DNA of 64,000 bases from Squalus acanthias (lineage: Eukaryota). Positions 48,588-62,327 of the stretch are shown piece by piece. The first letter of the stretch is position 1, and every line of letters starts with the position of its first letter. The translations under genes were made by a program, and so were the position numbers. The notes below the pieces were generated by a model. The model ran no database searches. It was not told the origin of the DNA and was given only the letters and a program-made list of their open reading frames with translations. The stretch is taken from NCBI GenBank assembly GCA_030390025.1, contig CM059431.1:105092001-105156000 (forward strand), read 5' to 3'.

Positions 48588-49450
48588 GCTGACTTTCAGG
48601 AGCAGATGACCGGCTAAATTCCTCACCTTCACAATCAGCAAGATGCCTGTAGGAATTGCGACTGGTGCTGATAGCTTAACGATTACATTTAAATTACACC
48701 TGGCTGTGGGGCACAGGTGCCAAAGTGATTATTTTCTGTGGGTACGTCACACACCCTGCCCAGCACCACTGGGCTGATTTACACTGCATACGAAAGTCGG
48801 CCCCCCCCCCAACCATCCCTCCCTCCCCCACATTTCATAGGCTGCAGCATGTGTTGCGAATAAGATGCATCGCAACGTGGTGGAGAAAATTGCTGAGTAA
48901 ATCTGCAGAGTGACCCGATGAAAGGCAGAAATATACCGCAAGGTGACTGCATGTCCAGTGGCGCTGTCTCAACAATTATAACTCCTGATCCGATGAGACT
49001 GACCTCTAGCATCCGAGGGCTGAGTTGTGAGCAAAGAGGGAAGAAGCTCAGGTTAGTGAGCCTCGAAAAGAACTTTCCCCTTTGCCTCACTGAATCTCCA
49101 GAGGGAAATTGTCGAAGAGAACTACAGGCTCCTCTGTAATTCTATTTCCATGGTGTCAGGTAGTCAGTTGTATTGATGTGTCAACTGCACTGATTCGCAT
49201 ATAAAGGGCTGGAAATTAGTAAATGGTACAGAGAAAGTAAATCAAGGACACGACTTCAACTTAAACACTGACAGTAGGACAAGGAGTCCAGGTTCAAACC
49301 AGTAAAAGGCAAATTAGATCTGATTTTAGGAAGTTTACCCTGGAGAAGAACGTTTACAAGGCAAAAATCTTGGCAGTCTTTTCAAGTGCTGCTAGATGCG
49401 GTCATGGGAGATGCTAGTTTCTTTTGGCTGTATGGTCTTCCTCTATAGAA

Positions 49451-49915
49451 GTGTCAGCTGTGGCTCAGTGGGTAGCGCTCTCACGTCTGAATCAGAAGGT
49501 TTTGGGTTCACACCCCACCCCAGAAACTTGAGCGCAAAACCTAGGCAGGCACGTCAGTGCAGCACCGAGGGAGCGCGGCACTGTCGGAGGTGCCGTCTTG
49601 GGGAATGAGGCGTTAAACCGAGGCCCTGTCTGCCCTCTCAGGTGCATGTAAAAGATCCCATGGCGTTATTTGAAGAAGAGCAGGGGGAGCTCTCCCCGGT
49701 GTCCTGGCTCCAATAGTTATCCCTCAGCAGACATCACTGAAAAGAAACAGATTATCTGGTCATTATCGGATTGCTGGTGGCGGGACCTTGCTGTGCGCAA
49801 ATTGCTGCGTTTCCTACATTACAACCGTGACTATACTTGGAAAAGTACTTAATTGGTTGTAAAGCGCTTTGGGACATCCTGAGGTTGTGAAAGGCGCTAT
49901 TTAATGCAGGTCCTT
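49451..49915 (+). mobile_element. Deu-domain SINE (SacSINE1-like)
   Basis: Full head, body and tail. Confidence 0.87.
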
Positions 49916-50674
49916 AACTTCCTTCTAACCTTGCGAAATTGAACTTCCAGAACTGGAAGAGTTGGGTGAATTATGGATAAGAAGATAAATTGAAGTTTTC
50001 AACATACCTCACTGTGATCAATGATATGGACCTGCTACTGTGTGTGGCACATTCATGCAGGAGATGGCAAGAAAGTCTTGAAAGCAAAGCTGCGGAGAAC
50101 TTTGACAAATTTTTCTGCCGCAGCAAGAAGATCCCGTGTATGTGCTCAACTGAAGAAACAAAGAGACTGGGAATTGATTATTACTGTGCTGAAGAATCTT
50201 GCCGACGCTTCTGATTACAGAGAACTGGAGTCACTGGATTGCATTTGGAGTCAAAGTCAGAGTCGGAGACAGATGTCTGAGCGGCACTGGAGAGAGATAA
50301 ACCTGGACTTCAAGAAAGATGTTCAGCAAGTACAGCTAAAGAAACACAGGCTCGCACAGAGTAGATGGGAGGTAATGACGCTCTCCTTGCAGTTCGGTAA
50401 AATGGGACTGGCAAGTACAAATACCTGGAAGGAAACCCAGAGAAGTCCAATCCGATCAATGGTGCATTGATTGAGTTTTATGATGAGCTGAATGATAATA
50501 TGGCATTTAATCAAAACTGGATGCAGCAGTGCTTTACTATTAGCACATTGGAATTTACACACTGATACGTGGTATGATTGAACTTTGTGGGCTCTTTAAA
50601 TTTATTTTTCCATTCGAAGCCCTTCTTCCTTTGACATATCAAGCAGTAGCCTGGTTGCATCTGCAAAATCAAAA

Positions 50675-51081
50675 AAAGAAAGAAAGACTTGCATTTATAT
50701 AGCGCTTTTCATGACCACAGGACGTCCCAAAGCGATTTACAGCCAATGAAGTATTTTTGAAGTGCAGTCACTGTTGTGATGTAGGAAACACAACAGCCAA
50801 TTTGCACACAGCAAGCTCCCACAAACAGCAATGTGATAATGACCAGATAATCTGTTTTTTAGTGATGTTGATTGAGGGATAAATATTGGCCCCAGGACAC
50901 CGGGGATAACTCCCCTGCTCTTCTTCAAAATACACCATGCAATTTTGTTACATCCACCTGAGAGGGCAAACACGGTTTAACGTTTCATCCGAAAGACGGC
51001 ACCTCTGACAGGGCAGCACTCCCTCAGTTCTGCACTGAAGGGTCAGCCTAGTTTACTTGCTCAGGTCCCTGGAGTGGGATC
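50675..51081 (-). mobile_element. Deu-domain SINE, head truncated
   Basis: Homologous to the other copies. Confidence 0.85.
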
Positions 51082-51404
51082 TCATCAAGCTTCAGTCTGA
51101 ACTTGTGATTAGCTGGAAAGCTGGTCTTTGGACACAGTTTTTCGCCAAAAAAACTCAAAGTTTTTTCCAGTTTGCTCACAAAAGGGCAACAGGAGCCAGA
51201 ATGGAAGAAGAAAGCAGGCATGGGGGGACAGTGATCTAAGTGAGTTTTTAAAAGAAGTAAAAAATTAAAATAGATAGGTTAAAGTTACAGCAGATGGAGA
51301 ACTGAAATTAAAGTTAAAATAGCAAAATGGTGGTGAGGATAAGGGAAAGGAAGACAAGGACAGCACAAGTGAAGTGTTAAAAAATATATATTTTTATACA
51401 TAAT

Positions 51405-51770
51405 GGGCTGAATTTTCATGGGGAAGGTGGGATGGGAGCGGGGGGGGGGGGGGAGTCCGAGGTGGTTGGGAAACCCAGGAGAACAGGTTTCCCCACAGGC
51501 CCTGCAATTTAACGGCAAGGCCTGATTTGCATGGGAAGCCTCTGTTTCCCACCCACAGCCGGCCAGATTGGGTTGCACGCCGATTGACGCCACGCTCCTG
51601 GTCATTAAAATATTTATGGCGCGCACGGGCAATGGCAGCACTGCCGAATGCCCAATATGGCGGCCACCGCCGCGTTCCATGCCAAATGTGGACAGAAGCG
51701 AGGCGGCACCATTTCTTTCTTCAAAAACCGGCCTTAACGGCCGGCTCTAAAGGTTCCAATTTCTAGGCCC
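51405..51770. mobile_element. Probable Harbinger-type MITE
   Basis: Ends gggctgaattttc / aatttctaggccc; CpG-rich. Confidence 0.55.
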
Positions 51771-51934
51771 ATAATTTCCAAGTCACCTGCTCACCTCTAC
51801 ACCTATCAAAGGTGAAACACACTGTCCTGGCTGCCTGCTCAAAATGCAAAAATGACAATCTTCCCAAGATTTGAGAGTACGATGATTCCCAAGATGAGCC
51901 ACGCATTAGAAACTGCTTTGTGTCCATTGAGTTA

Positions 51935-52100
51935 GAACATAAGAACAAAAAAAATAAGAGCAGGAGCAGGCCATTTGGCCCCTCGAGCCTGCTCTGCCAT
52001 TCAGTAAGATCATGGCTGATCTTCTACCTCATCTCCACTTTCCTGAACTATCCCCATATCCCTTGATTCCCTAAATATTCAAAAATCTATCAATCTCTGT
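51935..52100 (-). mobile_element. CR1 3' tail fragment
   Basis: gaacataagaac..ggagcaggccatttggcccctcgagcctgc motif. Confidence 0.8.
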
Positions 52101-52449
52101 CTGTGTCTGTCTCTGCATTTTATCACTTGCTGTACATGGTCAGATCTCCTGCCAAGTGCCGAGGACCAGTAACTCTTCAACAGAATTGGTGGGAGGTACT
52201 TATCAATTACTTAAACAAGCTGGCAAATTGCTTATTACTTGCAGTCTATGAGGAAACAACATCAAAGCGGGCTTATTTGCATCTTAACTGATGGACCCTC
52301 CCATCTTGTATACAATAATTTAAAACACAGTATTTCAAGTAACCATTTTTTCCAAATCCTTCCCGCAAACAAATGGTTAAACGATCCCAAAATCTGAGAC
52401 ACATTACTGAAGTCCCACCTGCCTCTTCAGGTGGGCATTAAAAATCTAA

Positions 52450-52720
52450 TAGAATCATAGAATAGCACAGCACAGAAGGAGGCCATTCGGCCCATCGAGT
52501 CTGCGCCGCTCTTTCGAAGAACAATCCAGTTAGTCCCACTCCCCCGCTCTTTCCCCATATCCCTGCAATATTTTCTCCTCCTAGTATTTGTCCAATTCCC
52601 TTTTGAAGGCTACTATTGAATCTGTGTCCACCGCCCTATCAGGCAGCGCGTTCCAAATCCTAACCACTCGTTGCGTAAAAAAGCTTTTCCTCGTGTTGCC
52701 TGCGGTTCTTTTGCCATTTG
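52450..52720 (-). mobile_element. CR1 3' fragment
   Basis: RKSFFTQRVVRIWNALPD..AFKRELDKY. Confidence 0.82.
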
Positions 52721-53337
52721 TAAATACTGATGTAAAATCTTTACCGAATACCTGTGGTTTTAGCTTCATTTTCCACTACTGAATGTCCACCTTCATCCCC
52801 GAGTGTCCTACTTTCTTCGGAATTATTCTTTTATTTTTAGGCAGTCTTATAAAAATCAGTAGGATTTCCTTTCATGTTATCTGGTAGATTTTTTTCATAT
52901 GCCTGTTTAGCCTCCTAATTCCTTTTTCAGTTCCCCGTTACACATTTTATACTCATGATTTTCTTTAGTATTGTTAGCCCTAATTTTAATCATATGTCTC
53001 ATAATCACTCCATTTGTTTATCCATGCATGTCTATTTTTTGACTTTAGCAATTCAAATCGATAGGAATGCGGATCAGAGAATTGATTCAAGTCACTTCCA
53101 ATTTTCTAGTGATTAAAATTAATCACCAGAGAATTAGGAATGCCACGATTTTGGTTTGTTGATCTCCATGACAATTCTCCAACCACTCTCTCATCAAGCA
53201 AGTCTCTATATCGGGAACAATTGCTTTATACCAATAAGTAATGCCTTATAATAATGAATTAACCAGAACATTGTGTAGCATGCTAGAAAGATCCTTTTTA
53301 CAAACTCCCTTGTTTGTGTTGATAGAGTAACCAACCA

Positions 53338-54765
53338 TAACAACAACTTGTATTTATATAGCGCCTTTAACGTAGAAAAATGTCCCAAGGCGCTTCACAG
53401 GAGTGTTATAAGACAAAGAATTTGACACCGAACCACATAAGGATAAATTAGGGCAGGTGACTAAAAGCTTGGTCAAAGAGGTAGGTTTTAAGGAGTGTCT
53501 TAAAGGAGGAAAGAGAGGTAGCGAGGCGGAGAGGTTTAGGCAGGGAATTCCAGAGCTTGGGGCCTAGGCAACAGAAGGCACAGCCACCAATGGTTGAGCA
53601 ATTATAATCAGGGATGCTCAAGAGGGCAGAATTAGAGGAGCGCAGAAATCTTGGGGGGTTGTAGGGCTGAAGGAGATTACAGAGATAGGGAGGGGCGAGG
53701 CCATGGAAGGATTTGAAAACAAGGATGTGAACTTTGAAATTGAGGCGTTGCTTAACTGGGAGCCAATGTAGGTTCAGCGAGCACAGGGGAGATGGGCGAA
53801 CGGGACTTGGTGCGAGTTAGGACACGGGCAGCCGAGTTTTGGATCACCTCAAGTTTACGTAGGGTAGAATGTGGGAGGCCAGCCAGGAGTGCATTGGAAT
53901 AGTCAAGTCTAGAGGTAACAAAGGCATGGATGAGGGTTTCAGCAGCGGATAAGCTGAGGCAAGGGTGGAAACTGGTGATGTTACGGAGGTGGAAATAGGT
54001 GGTCTTAGTTATGCTATGGATATATAGTCAGAAGCTCATTTCTGCTCATCCATAACTGGATATCAGACAAGCATTCTGACAATTTAGAGACCGTGGAGGG
54101 GTCGAGAGAAGAGGTAGTGAGGTAGAGCTGGGTGTCATCAGCTTACAGGTGGAAACTGATGCTGTGTTTTCGGATGATGTCACCAAGGGGCAACATGTAG
54201 ATGAGAAATAGGATGGGGCCAAGGATAGATCCTTGGGGGACATCAGAGGTAACGATGCGGGAGTGGGAAGAGAAGCCGTTGCAGGTGGTTCTCTGGCTAC
54301 GATTAGATAGATAAGAATGGAACCAGGCGAGTGTAGTCCCACCCAGCTGGACGACGATGGGGAGGCATTGGAGAAGGATGGAGTGGTCAACCGTGTCAAA
54401 GGCTGCAAACAAGTCAAGAAGGACGAGGAGGGGTAGTTTACCTTTGTCAAAGTCACAAAGGATGTCATTTGTGACTTTGATGAGAGCCATTTCTGTACTG
54501 TGGCAAGGGCAGAAACCTGATTGGAGGGATTCAAACATGGAGTTGGGGGAAATTGGGCACGGATTTGGGAGGCGACAACACGTTATGGACTTTGGAGAGT
54601 AAAGGAAGGTTGGAGATGGGGCGGTAGTTTGCAAGGACGGAGGGGTCAAGGGTTGTTTTTATGAGGAGAGGGGTGATGACGGCAGATTTGAGGGAGAGGG
54701 AGATAGTACCTGAGGAGTGAAAACCGTTAACAATGTCAGCTAACATGGGAGCCAGAAAAGGAACC
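53338..54765 (-). mobile_element. L2 LINE fragment with RT domain pseudogene
   Basis: NYRPISNLP, QSGF, LVLLDLFAAFDTVDH, VPQGSILGPILFLIYMLPL; (TTG)-type tail. Confidence 0.92.
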
Positions 54766-55054
54766 ATTTAAATACAATATTCAAAAACATATTGCAGACA
54801 GACTGAATTCACAAAGCTCTTACTATGAATTGGCACTCAAATAAATAAATAAATATCGGGGCTATTCACGCAGGAATTTTTTTTTGTTACTTATCTGCAT
54901 GTCTCTAACAAATGTAATTTTGGAGCTGTCCATTCAGGGCTTTAACCGGAACCTAAACCAAAGTGTTGTGAGAAAACTCTGAATCACTGCTATTCAATGC
55001 GACTTCAGTGGTCTGCTTTTCAACTGTAGAGAATTTATACCCATCAGGAAAGAC

Positions 55055-55480
55055 TGAAAAGGCTGGGGTACTTTTCTCTAGAAAAGAGAAGACTGAGGGG
55101 CTGACCTGATAGAGGTCTTTAAAATTCTGAAGGGGTTTGATAGGGTAGACGTAGAGAAGATGTTTCCACTAGTGGGAGAGTCCAAAACTAGGGTCCATAA
55201 TTATAAGATGGCCACTAATAAATCCAATAAGAAATTCAGGAGAAACTTCTTTACCCAGAGAGTGGTTAGAATGTGGAACTCGCTACCACAAGGAGTGGTT
55301 GAGGCGAATATCATAGATGCCGTTAAGGGAAAGCGAGATAAACACATGAGGGAGAAAGGAATGGAAGGATATGCTGATAAGGTGGGATGAAGAGGGGTGG
55401 GAGGAGGCTTATGTGGAGCATAAACACTGGCATGGATGTGTTGGACCGAATGACCTGTTTCTGTGCTGTAAACTCGATGT
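55055..55480 (+). mobile_element. CR1 LINE 3' fragment
   Basis: ORF 55160-55390 is a CR1 C-terminus. Confidence 0.87.
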
Positions 55481-56604
55481 GAATTTGGAGTGTGAGGGTA
55501 TAACTTTAGAATAGATATACAAATAATAACAGTAAAACCAAAACCATGTCCAAATTTCGGATTCGGGTAGCTGGTAAGTGAGGTTTGTTATGGCCAGTGT
55601 AGACTTGTAAAATTAGCCCCACTGTTAAAAAGGAAAAATGACTTAAGACTAGCAGTTTGACAGATGTAAGAGGGCAGGTGAAACAACAGCAAAATTTGTA
55701 GAAATGGCTGCCTTGTATTTGTACAGAAACCTGGTCAACAGTCTCTTCTTTTTGGACAGGTTCCATAAACGTGAATATACAAGAAAAATAACAACCTTTA
55801 AAATGTTGGAGACAGCTGCTTCACACTTTAACCCAATTAACAGACTGAAAATATCACGAGCCTGGAGAAGACACCTTTAGTATGTGTTATTTTTTTTTTA
55901 ATATAGCGAAATGGCAGATGGTGATTATTAAATAACAGCCCCCAAGTTGTCTTAAAATGTTGGTGAAATAAACCTTCCATTTCTTTTCTGCGGGTCTACA
56001 AATGTACAATGCGATTGATGTCTGCCGGAGGATTTTTCTTACCTGAAAACAAAGTCTATTCAATCCCTTTTGAATTTACCAATGTGCTTATCTGGGAGAA
56101 TTTGCCATACTGAAGAGATTCAGCAAATCCACCAGATAAAGTATGACTTCTGAAATAGATCACAGAAACAAACACAAAGATCATTCAGCCCATTGTATCA
56201 TCCCTCCATGTTAACCTATGAGCCCATTCATCACAGAATCGAATTACCCCTTGAGCGTTTTTCAAAACATTGCCTCCACTACTCTATGAGAAAGACCAGC
56301 AATGTCTTGCAGGTTCACAGGTTTATAGGCAGCTGGGAATGACTCTGTGGACTCAAAGTTCAAGCCAGCCCTAGAGAGTAATTGCGAGACTGTCCGGTTC
56401 TGCGATGCCTTCTTTTGGGGGAATGTAGGTGTCTTCTTGCATCCCCAGGTACCAATTTCTGGCCCTGATGATTCTAAATACATACAGGGAGTGCCCAACG
56501 CTACTGTGGAGCATGCCTCCTCAGATCGTACTACCCTTCCTGCTCCAAAACTTTTCAAAAATGGAGAGGTGCTAGATGAATGGGAAGCATTCATAAGATA
56601 TCCC

Positions 56605-57215
56605 TGGGCCAAGTCAGAAGCTGGCTCTTCTGCGGTGAGTGTCTTACCTCCTGACTCCCCAGAGCCTTTCCACCATCTACAAGGCACAAGTAAGGAGTGT
56701 GATGGAATACTCTTCACTTGCCTGGATGAGTTGCAGCTCCAACAACACTCAAGAAGCTCGACATCATCCAGGACAAAGCAGCCCGCTTGTTTGGCACCCC
56801 ATCCACCACCTTAAACATTCACTCCCTCCACCACCGGCGCACCGTGGCTGCAGTGTGTACCATCTACAAGATGCACTGCAGCAACTCGCCAAGGCTTCAT
56901 CGACAGCACCTCCCAAACCCGCGACCTCTACCACCTAGAAGGACAAGGGCAGCAGGCGTATGGGAACTCCACCAGCTCCAAGTTCCCCTCCAAGTCACAC
57001 ACTATCCTGACATGGAAATATATCGCCATTCCTTCATTGTCGCTGGGTCAAAATCCTGGAACTCCGTCCCTAACAGCACTGTGGGAGTACCTTCACCATA
57101 CGGACTGCAGCGGTTCAAGCAGGCACCTCGCCACCACCTTCTCAAGGGCAACTAGGGATGGGCAACAAATGATGGCTTTGCCAGCAATGCCTGCATCCCG
57201 TGAATTAATAAAAAA
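56605..57215 (+). mobile_element. Second CR1-group LINE family, 3' fragment
   Basis: LLTPQSLSTIYKAQVRSVMEYS..; homologous to 35800-36440. Confidence 0.85.
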
Positions 57216-57359
57216 AGATGCTGAGTTTGTAGATGGTTTGCAGCTTTAAGAAGCTGTTTATGCTGATTGAAGTCTCTTTGCGTGTAAGTAGCAAAGCTGA
57301 AAAGCAGACAACTATCCTGCTTTGCAGTAAAGATTATCAAGAAAGAAAAGCAAGTAACA

Positions 57360-57665
57360 TAGTATTACACAGAACATACAGCACAGAAACCGGCCCAATT
57401 GTAGCGGTGTTTATGCTCCACACGAGCTTCCTCCCACCTGCCTTCATCTCACCCTATCAGCATAACCTTCTATTCCTTTCTCCCTCATGTGTTTATCTAG
57501 TTTCCCCTTAAATGCATCGATGCTATTCACCTCATCTACTCCTTGTGGTAGTGAGTTACACATTCTCACCACTCTCTGGGTGAAGAAGTTTTTCCTGAAT
57601 GTCCTCCTGGATTTATTGGTGACCATCTTATATTCATGGCCTCTAGTTTTGGTCTACCCCCACAA
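57360..57665 (-). mobile_element. CR1 LINE 3' fragment
   Basis: RKNFFTQRVVRMCNSLPQG. Confidence 0.85.
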
Positions 57666-57849
57666 ACCTGGCACATTTTGTTTTATAACGAGCTGTTTAA
57701 GAATGAGAACACTGTTGAAGGGGCCTCTCTTGCAGCACTGTTCAGATGCTTCAGTAGCTTTATGGGACTTTGTCCTCATTTAAAAACTGTGGCCTCAGTG
57801 AGTTTTGCACACCATCAGTGTGTAGGCTCTTAGCACTTCAGGTTGTAAT

Positions 57850-58591
57850 GGCCCAGAAATTGATCTCGCTCTGTTCCCGCGGGGGTAAGGCTTCCCCGCG
57901 ATCTCTCACTCCGCTTGTGCTTTTTCAGATCCAGCTCGCACGAACTTGATGTTCCAGACATCAGCTGGGCAGTGCTTGCGTATCCCACCGGCGTAGTGAA
58001 TTCGTGCGAGCTGTGGGATCACGTGACTCAGTTAGAGCCAATGGCAGCACACCATCTTCCATTCATAAGTTTCACATACGTGCTGTGAAATCTATGAATC
58101 TTACACCCCCCCAAAATAACAGCTAAACCTCAATTAAATTAAAAAAAAAACCATCACATTAATAAAATAAGTATAGTTAAATAAATTAACCATTTTAAAT
58201 AAAAAATTAAATTTTTGAAAAAATTTAAAATCTTTTAAAAAGTTATAAAAATAAACTTACCTGTCTTTAAAGTCTCTAAAAAAGATATACCTGTTAAAAA
58301 AAATTCAAAAAAATACTTAATTCACTACTTACCTTGTTAAAAGTGGGTCTTACTCCTCCTTTTTCCATTTCTAAAATCTTCCGTACTTACCTGCGCGTCC
58401 AAAGCATGAAGTGCACAGCGTGCGCGCAGCCTGTAGCGCGCACGCGATGCACCGAGGAACCGCCCCCTTTTCAAAAGACCAATTGCCGGTTTTCAGCGCA
58501 TGCGCAGGGCATGCAGAAAACCGGCAATTGGAGAGAGAATACGCGAGAGTACGCAGTGCGTACTCTCGCGTCGCGGGATGAATTTTTGGCC
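57850..58591. mobile_element. Harbinger-type MITE related to family M2
   Basis: Ends ggcccagaaatt / aatttttggcc. Shares gggatcacgtg, the AT-rich core, aaataaacttacct and gccggttttcagcgcatgcgc with M2. Confidence 0.7.
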
Positions 58592-59020
58592 CATTATCAT
58601 ACGCAGTACAGGTCAGGTGCAAAGCAGGCATCAGGCCTCTGATCACATGGAGCTCCATTGCCCAAAGCACTGATATGGATGCCACAGATTACGTTCTGAG
58701 CCGATTAACTCCTGTCAAATCTTTAGGCAATTTCCTAGATAACGTAAGTGTAATGTATTATCACATGGTTTATCACATGGTTTGGTGTGAGCATGCTCAG
58801 TTCGCATTGGCCGAGTAAAGCAAGCACATGGACTAGCAACTCATTCTGTCTCTGTCCTTCATTTGTTTTACCCACATATAATATATTTTTGGCGACAAGG
58901 ATGGGATCCCAAAGCCATTTTTAGGGATCATGGATGGACACAGTGTTCAACCTTTGAGTGGAAAAGTTTAAGGTACACAGGTAGTGTGCTGAGTCACCGT
59001 TTAACGGGATCGGGACAATC

Positions 59021-62000
59021 ATGGCTGCATCTACGGGATTCATCGGAAGCCTCGGCATGTATGACTGAGCTCTCGAACCATCCAGTTCTTACATTGAGCG
59101 GGTGGAGATGTTTTTTAAGGCCTATAACATTATTGAGACCGAAGGTGCAGATGAGAATGTTCAAGCTCAAAATAAAGTAATTCGTGAACGTAAAAAATCA
59201 ATTTTTCTAATCGAGATCGGGTCAGATGTCCAGGGAACGTTGCCAAACCTACTCGCGCCAGGGAAAGCGAAGGATGTGCCGTTTGAAGACATTGTCGAGA
59301 AACTTGAAGACCATTTCAACCCAAAGCCATTAGAAATAGCAGACAGCTATAAGTTTGGTACCAGAAACCAAAAACACAGTGAAACCATCAGTGAGTACAT
59401 TGTAGCTCTTAAGAACCTGTCTTTGCACTGTAATATAGAAACATAGAAACATAGAATCTAGGAGCAGGAGTAGGCCATTCGGCCCGTCGAGCCTGCTCCG
59501 CCATTCAATACGATCATGGCTGGTCATCCAAATCCAGTACCCTGTCCCTGCTTTAATCCCCACAGTACACATATCCCACCCTACCCCTGTAACCCCACGT
59601 ATTTAATTCCCCCTAACATATCCCATCCTATCCCCATAACCCCACATATTTAATCCCCCCTAACACTAAGGGTCAATTTATCATAGCCAAATCAACCTAA
59701 CCCACACATTTTTGGACTGTGGGAGGAAACCGGAGCACCCGGAGGAAACCCACGCAGACACGGGGAGAATGTGCAAACTCCACACAGACAGTCACCCGAG
59801 GTCAGATTCGAACCCGGGTCTCTGGCGCTGTGAGGCACCAGTGCTAACCACTATGCCACCGTAATTTCAGCACATTTTTAGATCATGCGTTATGAGATAA
59901 GTTTGTGTGTTGATTGGTGGATGAGCGCACATAGTCCAAGTTACTGAACACTCCGAACCTAACATTTGACATAGCATGCAAAAATTGCTCTATCTATGGA
60001 GATGGCATCTAAGAATGCTAGGGAGCTCCACAAGTGACTGGTGCAGCTGAGGTCTACAGTCACAAAGCCACCACCAAACCTAAAGCTGTGAGACCGAGTC
60101 AAAAGCACGTCGGTGAGAGCAGTTCAGTGAATTGTTATCGCTGCAATGGAAATCACTCACCACAATCCTGCCAATACAGAAATGCAAATTGTTTTCACTG
60201 CCAGAAGCAAGGCCATATTTCAACAGCTTGCAGAGCTAGATCTAAAGCAGGAAGTAAGAACCATTCTAGTGGCAATATTGAAGTGAACACACCTGATGTT
60301 GAAGGACTAGGCATCTATAGTATCTATGCCAATAGTGGCAACGCAACCAGTCATGATAAAGACTTCCGTACAAAACTTTTGATCAACAAGCAATATATTG
60401 ATATGTGTATCAACACGGCGGCGGACTGCTCTATCATGAGTAAAGACATGTATGAGAGTAAGTTTAATCAAATACCACTTACAAAGAGTACCGTAGAGTT
60501 AAAAACCTACTTTAGAGAAATCCTAGAGACACATGGACAAATGGAATGTACAGTTCAGCACAATGGCCAGTCAACAAAGCTGCCTATCTTCAGTGTAGAT
60601 GCTTCAAAGACTCGACACAATGCTGAACAAGTACGAAAGTAAGTTCACAGACAGTTATGAGGGCATCACTGGGTATGACGTGCATATCCACATCAAGTCC
60701 AACATGAAGCCTGTCTATTGTAAGACAAGGCCGGTCCCCTATGCATTGAAAAGTCAGGTGGAGGAAGAGCTAGAGAAACTCAAAGAGAACGGAGTGCTAG
60801 TAAAATCTGACAAAAGTGAATCGGCTACCCCAATTGTGGTAGTGCCCAAAGCAGACAAAACTGTACGCTTGTGCGGTGACTACAAAGTTACTATCAACCA
60901 AGCAGTTGACGATGAGCAGTACCCGTTACCTACATCACATGGTTTGTATGCAGCACTCTTTGGGTCAAAGGTTTTCTCCAAAATTGACCTGTCACAAGCT
61001 TACGCTCAGCTGAATGTTGAGAAAGAGAGTCAACAGTATCCCACTATCAACACATACAAGGGACTGTACTCAGACACCAAGCCGCTGTATGGTGTAATGT
61101 CCTCTCCCAAAATCTTCCAGGCTACGATGGATAAGATTTTTCAAGGAATTCCAAATTGCTTATGCAATCAAGATGATGTGCTGATCGCAACAAGCAGTGA
61201 GGAAGAAAATTTAGAAGTGTTAGATTTAGTGCTTCAAAGGTTGAATGCTCACAAGGTCAAATTGAAAAGGAGCAAATGTGCTTTTGTGCAGCCCGAGGTT
61301 GTGTATCTTGGTCTGAAAGTTGATGCAAACAGCTTGCAATCAGTTAAGGAAAAGTTTGATGCTGACATCAATGCTCCAAAGCCACAGAACGTGTCTTGAG
61401 TTAAGATCTTTCCTTGGAATGGTCCAGTACTACGCACGTTTCATACCTGAGTTAGCGACCATGTTAGCTCCATTGCACAAGCTCCTCAAGAAGGATGTCC
61501 AGTGGAAGTGGACAAAAGCGCAACAAGAAGCTTACGATGCTTGTAAGAGAAGTCTCTCTAGCGATACTCTACTTGTGCACTACAACACAGAACGTTACAG
61601 TGTGGGAGCTGTCATAAGCCATGTAATGGATGACGGCCAAGAGAAACCAATCACGTTCGCATCGCAAACCCTCACAAAGAGCGAAAGAAACTACTCACAA
61701 ATTGAAAAGGAAGCACTCGCCATAGTGTTTGGAATCAAGAAATTACAACAGTTCCTGATCGGGAGAAAGTTTACCTTGATAACTGATCACAAACCGCTCC
61801 TAGCAATATTGGGGCCCAAATCTGCCATCCCTGCAATGGCCACATCAAGAATGCAACATTGGGCAGTGTTGTTGTCACAATATGACTACACAATTGAATA
61901 TCGCACTTCAAAGCAAAACGCAATCACAGATGCCTTGTCCAGGTTGCCACATGAAGACTCATGTGTTGGGTGTGAAAGCACTATTTTCATGCTAGTGCAG

Positions 62001-62327
62001 TTGACAAAGACTTTCCCGAGAATGCAACTGAGATTGCAGATGAGACTTAAAAAGGACTCAGTACTGAAAAGAGTGTATGAAAACACCTTGAATGGATGGA
62101 CTGATCAGTGTATGGACACAGAGTTGAAACCATTCCATAACTGTTGTACTGAATTGTCTTGTGAGCAAGGTTGTATCAAGTGGGGAAACAGAGTGGTGGT
62201 ACCCACTTCTTGGAGTTCGGAACCAAAACAAAACAGCCCAAAAATTGGTTCAACACCAAAACCTTCTGTAAGGAGATCAGGAAGTCTCCACAAACCTGTT
62301 ATTAAAATGGATTTGAAGTTCATTTAA
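59021..62327 (+). pseudogene. gag-pol: gag-pol pseudogene; integrase core deleted
   Basis: CYRCNGNHSPQSC and CFHCQKQGHISTAC; protease INTAADCS; RT RLCGDYK, KIDLSQAY, NQDD; RNase H YSQIEKEALAI, TDHKPL. After VVVPTS it jumps directly to the C-terminal VRRSGS..KP. Frameshifts present. Confidence 0.88.
59435..59860 (-). mobile_element. HE1-like V-SINE with CR1/HER1 tail, inserted in gag
   Basis: tRNA head ggtggcatagtggttagc..gggttcgaatc, V-domain gtgtggagtttgcacattctccccgtg..gggtttcctccgggtgctccggtttcctccca, CR1 tail. gtaat is duplicated at both ends. Confidence 0.92.

Noticed and set aside
49010..49345. GLSCEQRGKKLRLVSLEK-coding stretch
   Set aside because: Probably an ancient CR1 ORF2 relic rather than a gene; boundaries too vague to list.
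49990..50470. 149-aa ORF as a possible host exon
   Set aside because: No recognisable protein or convincing splice sites. It weakly resembles a very decayed RTE-type LINE C-terminus, too uncertain to annotate.
2778..59860. tRNA genes at SINE heads
   Set aside because: The A/B boxes run directly into SINE bodies with no complete cloverleaf.
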